Below are positions 12,966-26,410 of a stretch of DNA of 64,000 nucleotides, one piece after another. The stretch is from Callorhinchus milii. Its lineage: Eukaryota. The translations under genes and the position numbers were made by a program. The DNA is taken from NCBI RefSeq assembly GCF_018977255.1, contig NW_024704742.1, positions 72,852,001 through 72,916,000 on the forward strand, read 5' to 3'. The first letter of the stretch is position 1. The number at the start of each line of letters is the position of its first letter. The notes under the pieces are model-generated. The model was not told the origin of the DNA. It saw nothing but the letters and a program-made list of their open reading frames with translations, and did no database searches.

Positions 12966-14059
12966 ACAGATCTGTTGTTATTCGTTCAAAAGATTCAGTA
13001 CAAAAGATGCCTGCGGGCATATACAGATGATACACAGAAAACCTCTAAAAGAATGGCTGGTGCTCACACCATTTTAACAGCAAAGCTCCATTCAGAGTTT
13101 ATGGAGTATTCACACCCACAGAATAAATACAGTCTCAATGGTTCTCTTCTGGTCATTTTCGGCATACTGCATGAAACCATGGCAACCTGTTTGTATCACT
13201 AAGAGTCTTTCACGCTTACAGTGCTGCTCAACATGTTAATTGTTCTCCGTCATGATTAATTGGATTATGGTGCAGTTGAGCTTTTGCTTTGATATTAAAA
13301 CCTGGTATCTGAGAAATGATCGGGTTAACCCTTTTAGCACCGATATAGACATTCACAATAACTACCAATATAATTTCACTGCTGAAATTTTTTTTACTGA
13401 TCTGAAGATATTCTTGTGCTTTCCATTTTTACTGGAGACCGGTACATTTGCACGGTAATGATATCACAGCTGATTGGTGTATTCCCCTCACTGATCAGTG
13501 CCTCTTAATATCGAGGCTTCCTAATTCTTAGCAGTCAAGTAATGCACATTGTCATTTATATCTCAATTATGGAGTTGGCTAACAGAGGGGAGCTATAAAC
13601 TCTGACTGCAAATGAAATATCTGAATTTTTTCCTGTATGTTAGCATAGTGTTGAAGCTTGGCAAGTTATAATAAATGAATCCTGGTAAACTGCAGCAGTG
13701 GGAACACCACTCATCCTGTTCCTAGCCTGAGTGTTTTGCAATACTAAGCCTATTAGGCTCTTTCCATCTGAGAGTTTTCACTTATTTGTTTTTTGTTGGC
13801 TGGCTCATGTATTGTTCCCATCAATCTTCTTATATTTGGGTTTGCTCCAGGCCACAAAGAAACCAACGCTTAATCCAATATTGTCAAGGCTCCAAATGAA
13901 ATATTCTCTCAGTCATTGTTGATGCCTTTTCCTTTAGCAGCTAGCCACACTGAACTTTCCTTGCTCTGCATTTACCTCATCCATACAAATGGTGCTCCCG
14001 ATACCTATTAATGAAGAATAATTAATTCAATAATATTAATTCTTACATTTGATACAGCG

Positions 14060-14325
14060 CCTGCTTGTCCCGCATCTCCTTCACGCCACCATCGGCAGCC
14101 ATGCTTTCAGCCACTATGCCCCACAGCTCTCTCCCCCAATCCCTCCACCTTGCCACCTCCTTCCCCTCTTGTAAATTACAACTGAAGACCTTTCTCTTCA
14201 ACCGTGCTTATAGTCACTTCCTTCCTCCCCCTGGCTCAGTGTCAGGCTCCGCCACTGTTAAATGCTCCGAGTCACTGCCCTGCATGAAGGGCACTATATA
14301 AATGCAAGTTCTTTTGTTGTTGTTT
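14060..14325 (+). mobile_element. L2 3' end fragment
   Basis: ccaccatcggcagccatgctttcagccac..ctgaagacctttctcttc..gcactatataaatgcaag and TTG tail. Confidence 0.8.
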
Positions 14326-15417
14326 GGGGGTGAACTCTGATTATCCTGGTGGAGTGTTTCTCTCTTCAAATTAACTGAGCAAGATGTGTGCTTGACCAAT
14401 TCCTGTTGAAGGACAACGGGAGGCATATGAAACCATAGTTTGGAAGATGTATGCATTTGCACTTCATTCCCATGCCTCTGATTGTGGGTTGATTTGCCCC
14501 GTCTGCAAATGGACACTGTTATCGCCAACCTTGTAGGAAAGAAGTATTTACTACAAACAGCGCCATCTAATTTGCGTCATTTCTTAATGAGATGCTTTAA
14601 TAATGGTTTTTAAGCTGGGATTCCTTCAATGCCAGTGAGTAGCAAACAAAACTGCATTGCACTGGAATGGAGTTTTAGCAGGTTGGCATTCACATAGTTA
14701 CCAGAAAGAATTCACATTTGTGCCTCAGAATTGTGATTATGTAATACTGTCAAGAGACACTGCAAATTAGACTCAAATGGAAGTGACTGATTTACTTTAC
14801 TATCATATTATTAACCACTAACTCCTCCATCAGTCCATTGTGGAAAATTACCTCATCTCTAACCAACTAGCAATTTGGAATGAATTGACCAAAATGTAAT
14901 AACGTGATAACCAATTTTTGAACTGGCTCTTCAAATATAAAATGTACCAAATTCAACCCCCCTCCAAAAATATACATTTAACTACTTTCCATTCTATATT
15001 AAGTTTATTATTTATTATTTTGTGGGACACTGTGGTAGTTAAATTGCATTTATATTCAAAATACAGCAATTGCATTTAACAGCAATTATCTATGAAGGAC
15101 ATCTCAAAGTTACAGGCAGTATAAAAATGCAATGAAGCATTGAACAACCCATTTTTTTATGTGTTATTGATTTTAGGTTCCATCTGCTTTGTGATTCAGG
15201 TGGACATGAAGGGATTGCCCTGGTGTTGTTATTTCAAAGAAATGTGGAATCTTTCACCTGGTTACCTTGACATGTGATTGCTGACTAGCTCTGTGTGTCG
15301 TCACAGTATTTACTGTGAAGCTTGCTTCTGAACTAACTGTGTTGCAGATCAAAGTTAAAGGTCTGCGTTTTCTTTGTAGAGTATATTTGTCAGATGTTAA
15401 ATGACCAACTCATGACT

Positions 15418-15520
15418 ATTTTCCTTCAGGGGAAGATAAAATAGCTCTCCTTGGATCTGAGCTGGCTCCAAAGTGACATGTTTGGCAAAAGAACTTTGGA
15501 ATCGAGACAAGCCAATGTAT
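15418..15520 (+). mobile_element. Element X, 5' fragment
   Basis: ctctccttggatctgagctggctccaaagtgacatgtttggcaa matches the 5' hairpin region of the full copies. Confidence 0.6.
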
Positions 15521-16075
15521 CAGTGTGACCCGAGCTGGGGGTTGGGGTCGGGGAGGGTGGCGGGCAAGGGGGGAAGGAGGAGGGTGATCGAAAGCACGGT
15601 CAAAGAGGAGGGTTTTGAGATGGGTCTTGAAGGAGGCAAGAGAAGGGGCAAGGTGGAGGGACTGCGGGATGGAGTTCCAGAGGGTGGGCAGAGTGGCTGA
15701 AGGCACGCCAACCAATGGTGAGGCGGGTGAGGCGGGGGATGTGAAGCAGACCGTAGCCCGCTGAGCGGAGGGAGGGAGCAGGTTGGTAGGTGGTTAGAAA
15801 ATCACAGAGGTAGGGGGGAAGCAAGACAATGGAGGACTTTGAAGGTGAAGACCAGGATCTTGAAGTATATCCTCTGTGTGATGGGAAGCCAGTGGAGTCG
15901 GGCAAGGATGGGAGTGATAGGGTCGTGGAGCCTGGTCCAGGAGACAATGCGGGTCACAGAGTTCTGGATGATCTGCAGCCTATGGAGGGAGGAGTTTGGA
16001 AGACCGACAAGCAAAGAGTTTGCATAGTCAAGCCTGGATGTTACGAATGCGTGCATGAGGGTTTCGGCAGCCTGC
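15521..16075 (-). mobile_element. L2 fragment (ORF2 C-terminus and 3' UTR)
   Basis: ORF 15802-16098 has HAFVTSRLDYANSLL..LQIIQN..HWLPI..RIYFKIL, the L2 C-terminal signature. Confidence 0.9.
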
Positions 16076-17099
16076 GGTAACACAATTCCTAACTGCACCT
16101 TATTTCTAAAAGAGGTAAAACCATGCAGGTCAAAGGAGTAACCTTGACTCCATAGTGATATTCTCAGTGTTGGCCAATATAACAGATATTTGTTATTTCC
16201 ATAAACTCCCAGCTAATTTATTTGCATTGTAGAGATCAAAGCCAACAAGCCCAGGGTTCTCCACTGGATATTCCTTTCAAAGAGACAATGTGCATTCAAA
16301 GTGTGCATGAAATGCGAGTACTTCTCATGCCCACTCTCAGGCCTTTTAAATTCAAAGTGGGCGAAAGACAAAGCTTTCAAACTGGATGAAGTAGTGACAG
16401 GATGAAATGGGGAAAATGCTGCCATATTGATATCACAACAATATTTTCTCTACGAAGAGCTCTGTGGGAGCCAGATAAACTGGGCTATAGTTAGGCACAG
16501 GACTGAAATTCATATGCACACAGGATTCGTGCTCAGCAATACATCCACAACATGTGTACATAGTATGTGTACACAGGATTTCTTGATTTTATTTTTCATT
16601 TTCCCATAGCTGCCAGATTTTCCATCTTTCCAGCTAAAGCCAGACAACTGTTGCTGTGAGACATTACTGTGCACAGATTGGCTGCCACATTTGTTTACAA
16701 CTACACAGTAACTACACTTCACAGTAAATCCTGTGAAATGCTTTAAGACCCATCCCATTGCTATATCGAACACAAGGATTCTTTATTTAATTTTAAAATG
16801 TTGTCCTTATTTTAGATGAATGATACGTATTCTATCCCCCCATCTCACTACTTCAAGATAGCATTGTTTTTCTCTGGTTAGCTTGAGTTATATTAATTCC
16901 CTTCCACAGTTAGCGCCAAATTGAATATTCATCTCACTGTTGTTTGCAGGTGTTGCTGGCACAGATTAGTTGCCATGTTTGCCCATATAACAAAATTCAA
17001 TTCACTTAATTTCTAATTAATCTTATTTTGTAAATCACTGTGTAAATGCAAGCTGTTGTTTTCATAGTTCCTTCAGAGACGTTACTTTTCAAGGCTAAG

Positions 17100-17520
17100 T
17101 AGCTCTATCTGATCTGATCTTTCCGCATTATTCCTTCCTCTTAAATTGGGGATCAGCCTAGTTGCTCTCCTCTGCATTGCCTCTAGGTCCAGTTCTGTTG
17201 CAGCGCCTAGAACTGTATTTAGATATACTAGATATACTAGATATACTCTGACCAGATCATTTTAAGTTGTAAGTATGTATTTTAGGGATTTGAAATGAAC
17301 TGATTAGCAATCTAGCCCAGCATCCTGTTTGTATGGTTTATTGCTATCTCACACGTTTTGACATGGTGAGCAATATGTCAACTAACACCCCTCGGTGCTT
17401 TTCAGCTTCCCCCTTGGCAAGTTCTATCCCATCTATTAAGTTATATGTGTATACTCTATCAATTCCCTTTGCAGCTTTCTGCTTCCTTGCCAATTTTGAA
17501 TCCATATCCATGTTTTAATA
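17100..17520 (-). mobile_element. Decayed CR1 3' region
   Basis: Reverse strand resembles ..LEAMQRRATRLIP.. of the CR1 ORF2 C-terminus. Confidence 0.55.
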
Positions 17521-17924
17521 AAAAATAATAATCCTTACATTTGATATACTGTCTTTCATGCCGGAAGGACGTCTCAAAATGCTTCAGACTTTACTATAAA
17601 GTGGAGTGATTGTATATTGTGTGAGAAGTTGTTAACCAGCGACATCAGTTTCTGAAGGAATCTTGATATTGCACTGCAGCTCATTTTGAAGAGTCAATTA
17701 CATTGTATTGAAATAGGCCATTTGGCCCCAAAAGTCCATGCTGGTGTTATACCCCTCTAGGGTCTTCCTCTGATCTACCTCCATTCCCTACTCGCTCCCA
17801 CATCTTTCTATTCCCTTCTCCCTTGTTTCACCCACAAATATACAGTCAATTCACTTTACAGTATATTTTGTGAAGCGCTTTGAGACATCTAGAAAACATG
17901 AAAAGTGCTATATCAAATACAAGG

Positions 17925-17928
17925 ATTA

Positions 17929-17962
<34 letters not shown>
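17925..17962 (+). repeat. (ATT)n microsatellite forming the tail of a SINE remnant (~17825-17962)
   Basis: Follows tatatcaaatacaagg directly. Confidence 0.85.
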
Positions 17963-17963
<1 letters not shown>

Positions 17964-17994
17964 GTGTATATCTAGCTTCCTCTTGAATCACTTC

Positions 17995-18311
17995 ACCAAC
18001 CTGTCTCCTCCCTCCGCTCTGCAGGCACTGGCCTGTTCTACATCCCCTGCTCTAACTGTTCCACTATTGGTGGTCAGGCGTTGAGCCCTTTTACCCCCAT
18101 GCTCTGGAATTCCGTCCCAGAGTACTTCTGCCTAGGCCCCTCCCTTGCCTCCTTCAAGGACCATCTCAAGACCTTCCTTTTCGACTGCGCCTTCTGTCAT
18201 CTCCCCTCCTCCAACCCTGTGGCCCTCCACCCCTTTCTGATCACAATTCATAGCTTGGGTGCAAACCCCTCCTGATGTGATAGGTGCTATTGAAATGCAA
18301 ATTGTTGTTGT
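17995..18311 (+). mobile_element. L2 3' end fragment
   Basis: LWNSVP..FKDHLKTFLFD plus terminal motif and (GTT)n. Confidence 0.8.
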
Positions 18312-18782
18312 TGGAGGTGTCATTCTTCAAATGAAACATTAAACTGAGGTCCTGTCTGCCTGTTCAGGTGGATATTAAAGATCCTCTGGGTGAAAATAAA
18401 AGGGGGTGTCTCACTCCTGGTGTCCTGGCAAACAATCCCCCAAATAAAATTGATCATTCATTTCATGGCTTTTTATCTTACGTCGCTGAAGACCTTTCTT
18501 CTCTGCTGAAGACCTTTCTTTTCGACCGCGCCTTTGGTCACCTTCCCCCACCTCCCCCTGGCTCAGTCCCGGGATCCATTACTGTAAAACGCTCCGAGAC
18601 CCCGTCCGGCATGGAGGGCGCTATATAAATCCAAGTTGTTGTTGTTTGCAAATTGGCTCACGCATTTGCCCACAAAACACACATCACACCACTTTACAGT
18701 ATATCTTGTGAATCCTGTGAAGAGCTTTGGGCATCTTCCTGACATGAAAGGCGCTATGCCAAATGTAAGGATTATTATTATT
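18312..18782 (+). mobile_element. SacSINE1-like SINE interrupted by an L2 tail (~18485-18645)
   Basis: SINE body breaks at catggct and resumes at gcaaattggct after an L2 3' tail ending in (GTT)n. Confidence 0.75.
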
Positions 18783-19440
18783 AATTTGGCTTAGAAGCTT
18801 CAAAATGTAGCCAATCCTTACTTTCACAATGAATGTAAAAGTCAAGCAAATCAGTATCTGAATTTATTTCATTTGATTGTTGAGGGCAGAAAACTAAAAG
18901 TCTGGATTGGAAACCTAGTGGCTGAGTTGCGTTGTGTGCTGGTAACGTTTGCTGCCTTGGACATCTCCTGTTTGACACTCAGGATTGTCTTGATTGCTGA
19001 TCTACAGGATGTCCTGTTGAGCTGCGCCCTGGTAGTGCCTAGTTGTGATGTCAATGATGTGCTCCTACTGATTATGGAGACCCAAACGGAGAGCCACCAA
19101 AGGAGGGGGAAACATTCAAAACACCACTTGCAGATTTCTGTCAAAAGAAATTCTGAATTCTGAGCCACTAGCAAGTACTTTATAAGGGAAGCACTTGTTG
19201 AAGCCCCTTCAACAATATTCCCTTTCAACATTTATTTGCAAAAAGGATAAAAAGATATTGATTCATTTGTTCTAAAGACATAATAAATTACAAAATGTTT
19301 CATGCTTCTATGCAATTGGGTTTGTAATAAATGTAAGCAATTTCCAGAGGTTCATTTATCATCATTGAGTGATTGCAAAGAAGTTGACAGCTGTTCATAA
19401 CTCTGACAATCTTTTAGTCAGTCTTTTTCTTAAAAGATGG

Positions 19441-19535
19441 GGGATCAGCCGGGTGTCTGACACATGTGGAAACCTATCATCATGCTTTAGAGTATCCAAA
19501 CCAAGCTGAGATTTCCATGCATCCCACCTACACGT
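19441..19535 (-). mobile_element. Element X, 3' end fragment
   Basis: gatcagccgggtgtctgacacatgtggaaacc..agagtatccaaaccaagctgag, nearly identical to 31671-31740. Confidence 0.8.
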
Positions 19536-20760
19536 GGTTTGGTTTGGTTTGGATAGACGGAATAATCAGAACAATCCATATCATTGGCTTGAAATTCCAC
19601 CTATACTAAGCCAAGAAGACCATTTTGTCTTAAAATGTACAACTGTGTTCTATTGTAGAACGTTCTTCAACTCAGTGTTAATTTAGAAGCTAGTTCTTTT
19701 TAAGAGCTTCGGAAAACTAGCTTTCCAATTCAGACTGGATTTGAGAGTTTCCCACAATTCTGCTTATTCTTAAAATTGAAAACCAAATTGTCTAATTGCA
19801 GACTGTTAGAAAGTTGCAATCTATACCTTTCTCCCTGTGTAGGAATGAACATTGCAGCCTACAGAAATGGTATGCAGAAAGTGTGCTTCTATGAGCTCTC
19901 AGCAGCTAGAACTGCAGTCTATTAGGCTCGCAAAGAAATTTTGCTCAAGTTAGGCTCATGGCTGGGTCTTATTTAGACTTGGGGCTCAGAAGTGAAAGCA
20001 TTAATACTCCAGTTCACCAGCTCCTAAGATAATGAAGTAGCTGCTTCTACTGATGACAGGAAGAATTTTCACAATGATTTACGATTAGAACACAGAGACT
20101 ATTCTGAAGGAGGTGCCTAACATGGTACATTCACACGGGCAGCATGCAGCGATAAACCCTGGTTAAATGGCTGCTACGAGCATGTTTCACTGAAATTTAA
20201 TCTACCTTTGTGATAAACAGCAGCTGCAAATATTCACAATAAATATTGAAGCAGAGAATGGAACAGATGTGCATGACTGCATTACACCCACAGCTATTTC
20301 TACAATAAAGGCACAGATGTAAGGTGTTTGCTCGACAGTCTAATATATCTATAAATAAATTAATGTAATATGCTTTCTCCTTAATAAATTGCTATAGGTT
20401 TTCTAGAGGCGACGGGCCTCTTTCTGTGCTTAAAATATCTATCTTTGTACAAAAAGGCCAATAGATCTCTCTGTTTTCCCCAATACTCAAAGGGGAAAAG
20501 CTAGTGAATCAAGCAGGCAGAGGCATAATAAACAATGTGTTCAAGCTGAAATGTTAGTGCAGTTTCCTAGCGATTAATAAGCTGTTTTCCATAAAAGTTG
20601 TTTTAAGTATGGAAGAGTGGTAGGGTCGACACAAGTTGGATTTGAAAATGACACTTTAGTATGACAGACAAAGATATTCATAATATAACAGTGACAACGT
20701 TTGAATTGTGCAATAAAAGATGTTGTTTTAATTAGAGAAAAAGCAATCAAGGGCCATCAT

Positions 20761-21079
20761 GGAGTCCTGTAGCTCAGTGATTAGAGCACTCGCTTTGCAA
20801 GCGAGAGACCTGAGTTCAATTCCAGGCAGGGCGAAACCTTGGGCAAGTTTCCTTACTCCACACAGAGCCTAATAATAATCCCTCCAAAAAAACAAAACAA
20901 TAATAAATTGGTCATTTTTAATCCATGACTGTTTGTGGGACACTGCTGTGCACAATTGGCTGCCGTGTTTGCCCACAAATATACAGTCAATTCACTTTAC
21001 AGTATATTCTGTGTAGCGCTTTGGGACGTCTAGAAGACGTGAAAAGCGCTATATCAAATGCAAGGATTATTATTATTAT
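20761..21079 (+). mobile_element. Full-length young tRNA-derived SINE, short variant (TGC anticodon-like loop)
   Basis: GGAGTCCTGTAGCTCAGTG (A box), CTCGC-TTTGCAA-GCGAG arm, GTTCAATTCC (B box), Deu core, L2-like tail, (ATT)n; possible CATCAT TSD. Confidence 0.9.
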
Positions 21080-21559
21080 CATCATGTAATCGCCTCCAGT
21101 TAATCCTTTCATTTCATGTCTAGCATGGCTGAACTGCAGCATCTCATATATGAGTATACATATGTACATATGTAAGTATTATTTTCTGCTGCACTTGAGT
21201 TCTAAGCAAGAACTTTGTTAACAAGGTATGGTGCGACAGACACCTGACAACAGTATATTTTGCAGTTCTAATCTTGACTCACTTGTTACATTTTTCTCAA
21301 AATATTATGGAAAATATGTTGGAGGCCATTTGACCCATTTTTCTAGTTTCCTCCACTGGAGCCATCTAATCTAATCCTGTTCCCCAAAACTCTTAAAGTT
21401 TTTTCCATCAAGTATTTATCCAATTACCATTTAAATATTGTGATGCCCACAAAATATACAGTCAATTCACTTTGCTATATATTCTGTGAAGCGCTTTGAG
21501 ACATCTCGAAGATGTGATAAGGCGCTATATAAAATACAAGGATTATTATTATGCACTTG

Positions 21560-21990
21560 GCTTCAAATGCTATATGTGATAAACATTCCATATTTGAACA
21601 TCCTTATTCTATCCAGTGTCCTGGGCTCAACCACCCTTCCCAAAAACCTGTTCCAGTTGTTAATTATCTTCTGGGTAAAGATATACTTCTTGGTATCTAT
21701 CCTGAAACTGCCCTTTGTTACCCTGAACCTATATCTTCTTGTTTTATTGCTCTGGCATGTTCAAAAGTAGTGTCTTAGGTTTTTCAATCCCATATAAAAT
21801 CTATACGTCTAAAAGATCCCCCACCGAGACATCTCTTTTCTAGATTAAAGAGCCCTAGTTTGTCTCATTATTGCTCATTCCTCTAACACTGGGGATTATG
21901 ATTGTTGCTCTATTGTGCTTCTTGGCTCCACCTGAGCAGCCCCTTATGTCACAGTATGCAGTACTCCAGGTGCTCTAATGTAATGGCCAT
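21560..21990 (-). mobile_element. Decayed CR1 3' region
   Basis: Reverse strand has LEYCIL-like and KYIFTQKIINNWNRF-like motifs of the CR1 ORF2 end. Confidence 0.6.
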
Positions 21991-22294
21991 TTACCATAAT
22001 GGATGGGGAGAGAGGCACTATGCTCCCTGAGACCTCACCCCCATGAACAACACAAAGCATCATGAATTGGTGTCAGTGTAGCTGGACTATCAGCATGAAG
22101 TTTTGTGTCCACAAAATGATACGAACAGAGTTTTGTAACGATTTAAATAATGTTTACTTTGAAACCATTACTCAATAGAAAATTATGGCTTTTCCCAGCA
22201 CACCATGTCCAATTTAAGTGAAAGACTTAAGTGCAGGGATACAATTCAGTCAGGAATTAAAAAATAATTACCAATATATCAAAGTGAACTGATA

Positions 22295-22698
22295 ATCCTT
22301 CCTTTAAATAAAACGCCTATAACATTGAAATTTCTCAAAGCACTTCACTTTACACTTTGCTGCAAAGTGTAATAATTGTATATCTGTCGGCAATGCAGCA
22401 GCCAATTTGCACACAACATCCCACACACAGGCATGATGTGAATGATGACATTTATTTGGGAATTGTTGGGCAGAACACTGGAAGAAATTCTCTTCTCTTT
22501 TCAAGTTGTGCCATGGGATCTTTAACATCCACCTGAAATGGCAGACATGGTCTCATACAAAGGACAACACGTCTCACAATGCAGTGCTCCCCCAATACTG
22601 TGTTACAATTACCTAGAGTTTAACTTCAGATTGCAGACAGGGGGTGTGAACTCACAACCCGCTGACCCAGAGGTGAGCATGCTACCATCTGAGCCATG
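22295..22698 (-). mobile_element. SacSINE1-like Deu-SINE
   Basis: ccatgggatctttaacatccacctga body, Deu core gcagccaatttgcacac, head at ~22650-22698. Confidence 0.75.
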
Positions 22699-23709
22699 CA
22701 GATTTATTCTACTCAGTGATGCACTGCAGCGTTTAAGTCACTCTTTGATAGTGAGATGGATGTTGCAAGGGCGAAGGCTGCTGTGCCTTTATAAATAATT
22801 TTAATGATGCTGTCAGTGCCTCGAGAACCACAGTAATATTTATACTGCCTCATCCCTGAAAAACAGGATACCACAACCCTCGGGCATTATGCGGTGTACC
22901 ATTCCTTGGTGAGCAACATTTTAGCAAATCTCAACCACCCTTCGAGGCCAATGAAATCTAGCACTGTATGAAAGACTGTAGCTTATAGAATTTTATTATT
23001 TGAATGAATCGATGGTTCAAATCCATTTTCATGTTTCATAATTCATTCTTTTCAGGTACTTGAGAAAAACATTGCTCTGAATTGAATTTTCTTTGAATTG
23101 AAGTTTTCTTTGCAGTACAGAGAGCTATATAATTATGCGTTTCCTCTACAGCATTCTTCATTCTCAGTGATTTATGATTTATTTTGGAAAGAAATGATTT
23201 TTTTCCTCAGGGTCAAGACGTTCTATGATGTAGTTAAGCAAATGCTCTGGGTGTTCAGGTTTGTGGTGTGAGCACAAGCTGGTTAACAAAGTCTCTCCTA
23301 ACAATGTGAGAGAATCACAACATTCTTTAACATAGAGATACACAATTATATACTTAATTTCTGATTAGTATATTCATATACGGGGGGGGGGGGGGAGTGG
23401 GAAGAAGATGGTGGGGTTGTTAGTGGATCATTTCTGTTTATCACTGTTTATCAAAGGTATGACTTCAGGTCTGTTTCATGGTTGTTTGTAAAACATTGCT
23501 GTGTGACATTGCAAGTTGGCTGCCATGTTCATCTACAGAATGCACAGTTATTACACATTACAATAAAATCAGGTGAAGCATCCTCCCAGCAAGAAAAGCA
23601 CTATACAAAATGCAATGATTATTATTTTCATTATACACCAGTGAAATAATGGTCCCAGTGTCTTGTTATTCAATTAGTAAACATCTTTCATCTTCATGGT
23701 TGATGAATT

Positions 23710-24020
23710 ACAATGATTTACACAGAGTGTACAGCACGGAAATAGGATACTCAGCCTAACCACTCCATGCCGGTGTTTATACTCCACACAAGTCTCCTCC
23801 CATTCCTTACTTCCTCCCACATTTTTCCGTTCCCCTCTCCCTCAAGGTCTAGCTTCCTCTTGAATGTATCTACACTATCTGATTGAACTACTACTTCAGG
23901 CAGCAAATTCCACATTCCCACTATCCTCTGCTTGAAGTTGTTTCTCCTAAATTCTGTTTTAGATCCGCTAGTCACTATCTTATATTATGTCTCCGATTAT
24001 GGACTCCCAAACAAGTGGAA
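23710..24020 (-). mobile_element. CR1 3' end
   Basis: ORF 23751-23975 has FKQRIVGMWNLLP..VDTFKRKLD, the CR1 C-terminal signature, followed by a CR1-like 3' UTR. Confidence 0.8.
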
Positions 24021-25679
24021 ACAGCCTAATTTTGTTAAAAACAGACTATTTATGTTAATTACAGCGAATATAAATGCATTTCTTTTTGACCACTTGAAAC
24101 TGGTAAAAATTAGAGATTCTTTGAAAATATTTCTTCCACTTTGCAGAGGAGAACCCTGATATCAGTCAAACGCTATCACCAGGGCACAGGTTTAGAGATC
24201 TGAAGGGCAGGTTCAGGACTGACTCCATTAGACTTAACATATAGCACCTTGAGCGATGTAATTTTTTAATGTGGTTTTTCCATTGTTATCTACCATTACT
24301 TAAGACACCAAACAGAATTTCAGCCCACAGGAAATATTTCTTTACTTGGGAGGTAATGAATGACTGAAATGAGTTGCGAAGGAATGTGGTTGATCTAAGG
24401 ACATTGGATTCATTTAAGAAACAGCTTGATACTGAAATAAGAGGATGGTTGGGTGGATATTCCGAAAGAGATCCAATGGACCTTTTTCAGACAAACCTCT
24501 CTCTTGTGATCTCAGATCTCATTACACTTCAGTTTAGAGTGGATTCCTGCCTCTGATTGCTCTCTAGAGACTCTTGCTGGAAGGTGCAAGTATGTGACTG
24601 TCAGTGAGGACATGAGCAGGCTTATCAATGATGTCATGTATGGTCAATATCGTCCTGACATTCAGCAGCATTGACAGTGATTAGACTATGGTGGATCTGA
24701 ATGTCCTTCTCTTGCTATGAAATTCCTTTGTTCCCAAGTCTTTAAGAAATATGAGACAAGGTTTCTGATGTTCAATACGCCATTCGTTGTGATAGCTGTT
24801 TTTTGATGAATGGTTCTCAATTCAGTGGTTGTGAGTTCTATTTCTGTCAATAATAAATACATTTCATATTTCTCAACAGATTTTAGATATGACTGTTTGA
24901 AGATACTGTTTTAACAGATGTTTCTGTTAGATAAGAATACAACTATTTTTTAACCATTGCCAGTAAAGCCATTGCCAGTAAAGTCAATGTATATAGACTT
25001 CCTCTATATTAAGTAAAGGAAAAGCTATAAAGTATAAATATAACAAGTGCTTGAATTTGCTGCAGATCAGTCAACCTTTTCATCAACAACTTTCTTCCTT
25101 AATAGTATCCAGCACAAAAGACCCATGTAAAAGACATTGGTTCAATCTCACAATAACCTGCAGGGTAACTTCCTAGTCTCACTTGGAGGAACTCAGCAAC
25201 ACAATAACAAACTGCATTTATATAGTGCCTTTCACATTGGGAGGAAGTGCTGAGCCAGAGATGCTGAGCAATGAAGGAAAATTTGAAGGGTGAACCATCT
25301 CTGACAGCCGTAATAAAGAGAAAACTGACCCCTGCTCCCCACATTTTTCTCCGAATAGAGTTTCCCTCCATTGTTCCATTCCATCGACAAGACCAACACC
25401 AGAGTTTAATTCCACAATGTGTATCGGAAGCTCCACTCCTGCAATAAGAGTCTCATATAAGGTCTCTGCTCCTAAAAGCATCACAACCATCCTCAATAGA
25501 AGTGCCTCCAAGTGCCAGCCCCTGTGTTTTGCTTCTTTTTGGTCCCCCCAGCCTTGCTTGCCTCCTCTTAGAATTTTTCTTAAGATTATCCGGGAGTCCT
25601 GGGATATGCCACAGGTGACCGGCTGGGGTGGGAGGAGAAACCATTCAAAGAGACAAAGTGGAGGCAGTTTGTTAGGTAG

Positions 25680-26410
25680 CTCCATCCTTTTCCCCCTCCT
25701 CTTTCTCATCTGCATGCTCCCTCTTGGCAATGTCATCTGCAAACACGGGGTAAACTTCCTGGATGAGCGCAAACTTCTTGCAACTAAATGTCAGCAAGAG
25801 GGACACCATACTCTTGGCTTCCATCAACATCTTCTGTCCAGCTGCTCTGATCTCCTCAACGTCCCCAGCCTATCCCTCAGCTTCACCGAACCAGTGCACA
25901 ACCTAGGCATCAGATTCGACCCACAGCTATCTTTTTTTCCCCACATCCGGTCCCTGACCAGAGCCGCCTTCCTCCACTTCCACCATGTTGCTCGGCTCCG
26001 ACCATACCTCATCCCAGATGCAGCTTTCGTCACTTTCAAACTCGACTTCTCAAATGCCCTCTTCGCCAGTCTCCCCAGCTCCACCATGCACAAGATCCAA
26101 ATCCTCCAAAATTCATCCGCCCACACATTCATATGAACTAAACTCCGTATCCCCATCACATCAGTCCCTCATGCCCCTCCATTCCACCATCGGTGGCCGT
26201 GCTTTCAGCCACTGCACCCTGAAACTCTGGAACAATCTTCCTTTATCCCTCCGCCTTGTCCCTTCCTTGCCCATCGTCAGGTCGCGCCTGAAGACTTTCC
26301 TCTTCAACCATGCCTACGGTCACCTCCACCCAGCTCAGCATCGTGCTCTGCCACTGTCAAGCGCTTTGGGATGCTACGATACATGAAGGGGCACTATATA
26401 AAGTTATTGT
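25680..26410 (+). mobile_element. L2 fragment with internal deletions
   Basis: LLFLICMLPLGNVI..HGVNF with the YADD segment deleted, NLGIRFDPQLSF, KLDFSNAL and terminal motif. Confidence 0.85.

Noticed and set aside
17221..17247. Short tandem duplications (AGATATACT x3; also ~24954-24982 and ~63341-63376) and poly-G at ~23382-23395
   Set aside because: Ordinary slippage products with no sign of function.
18869..19231. Overlapping ORFs on both strands with a minus-strand acceptor near 19140
   Set aside because: No recognisable domain, no donor and no phase-compatible partner exon.
20761..20832. tRNA-Ala(TGC) or tRNA-Val(CAC) genes at SINE heads
   Set aside because: No proper acceptor stem or terminator; each head runs into a SINE body and tail and is dispersed in many copies.
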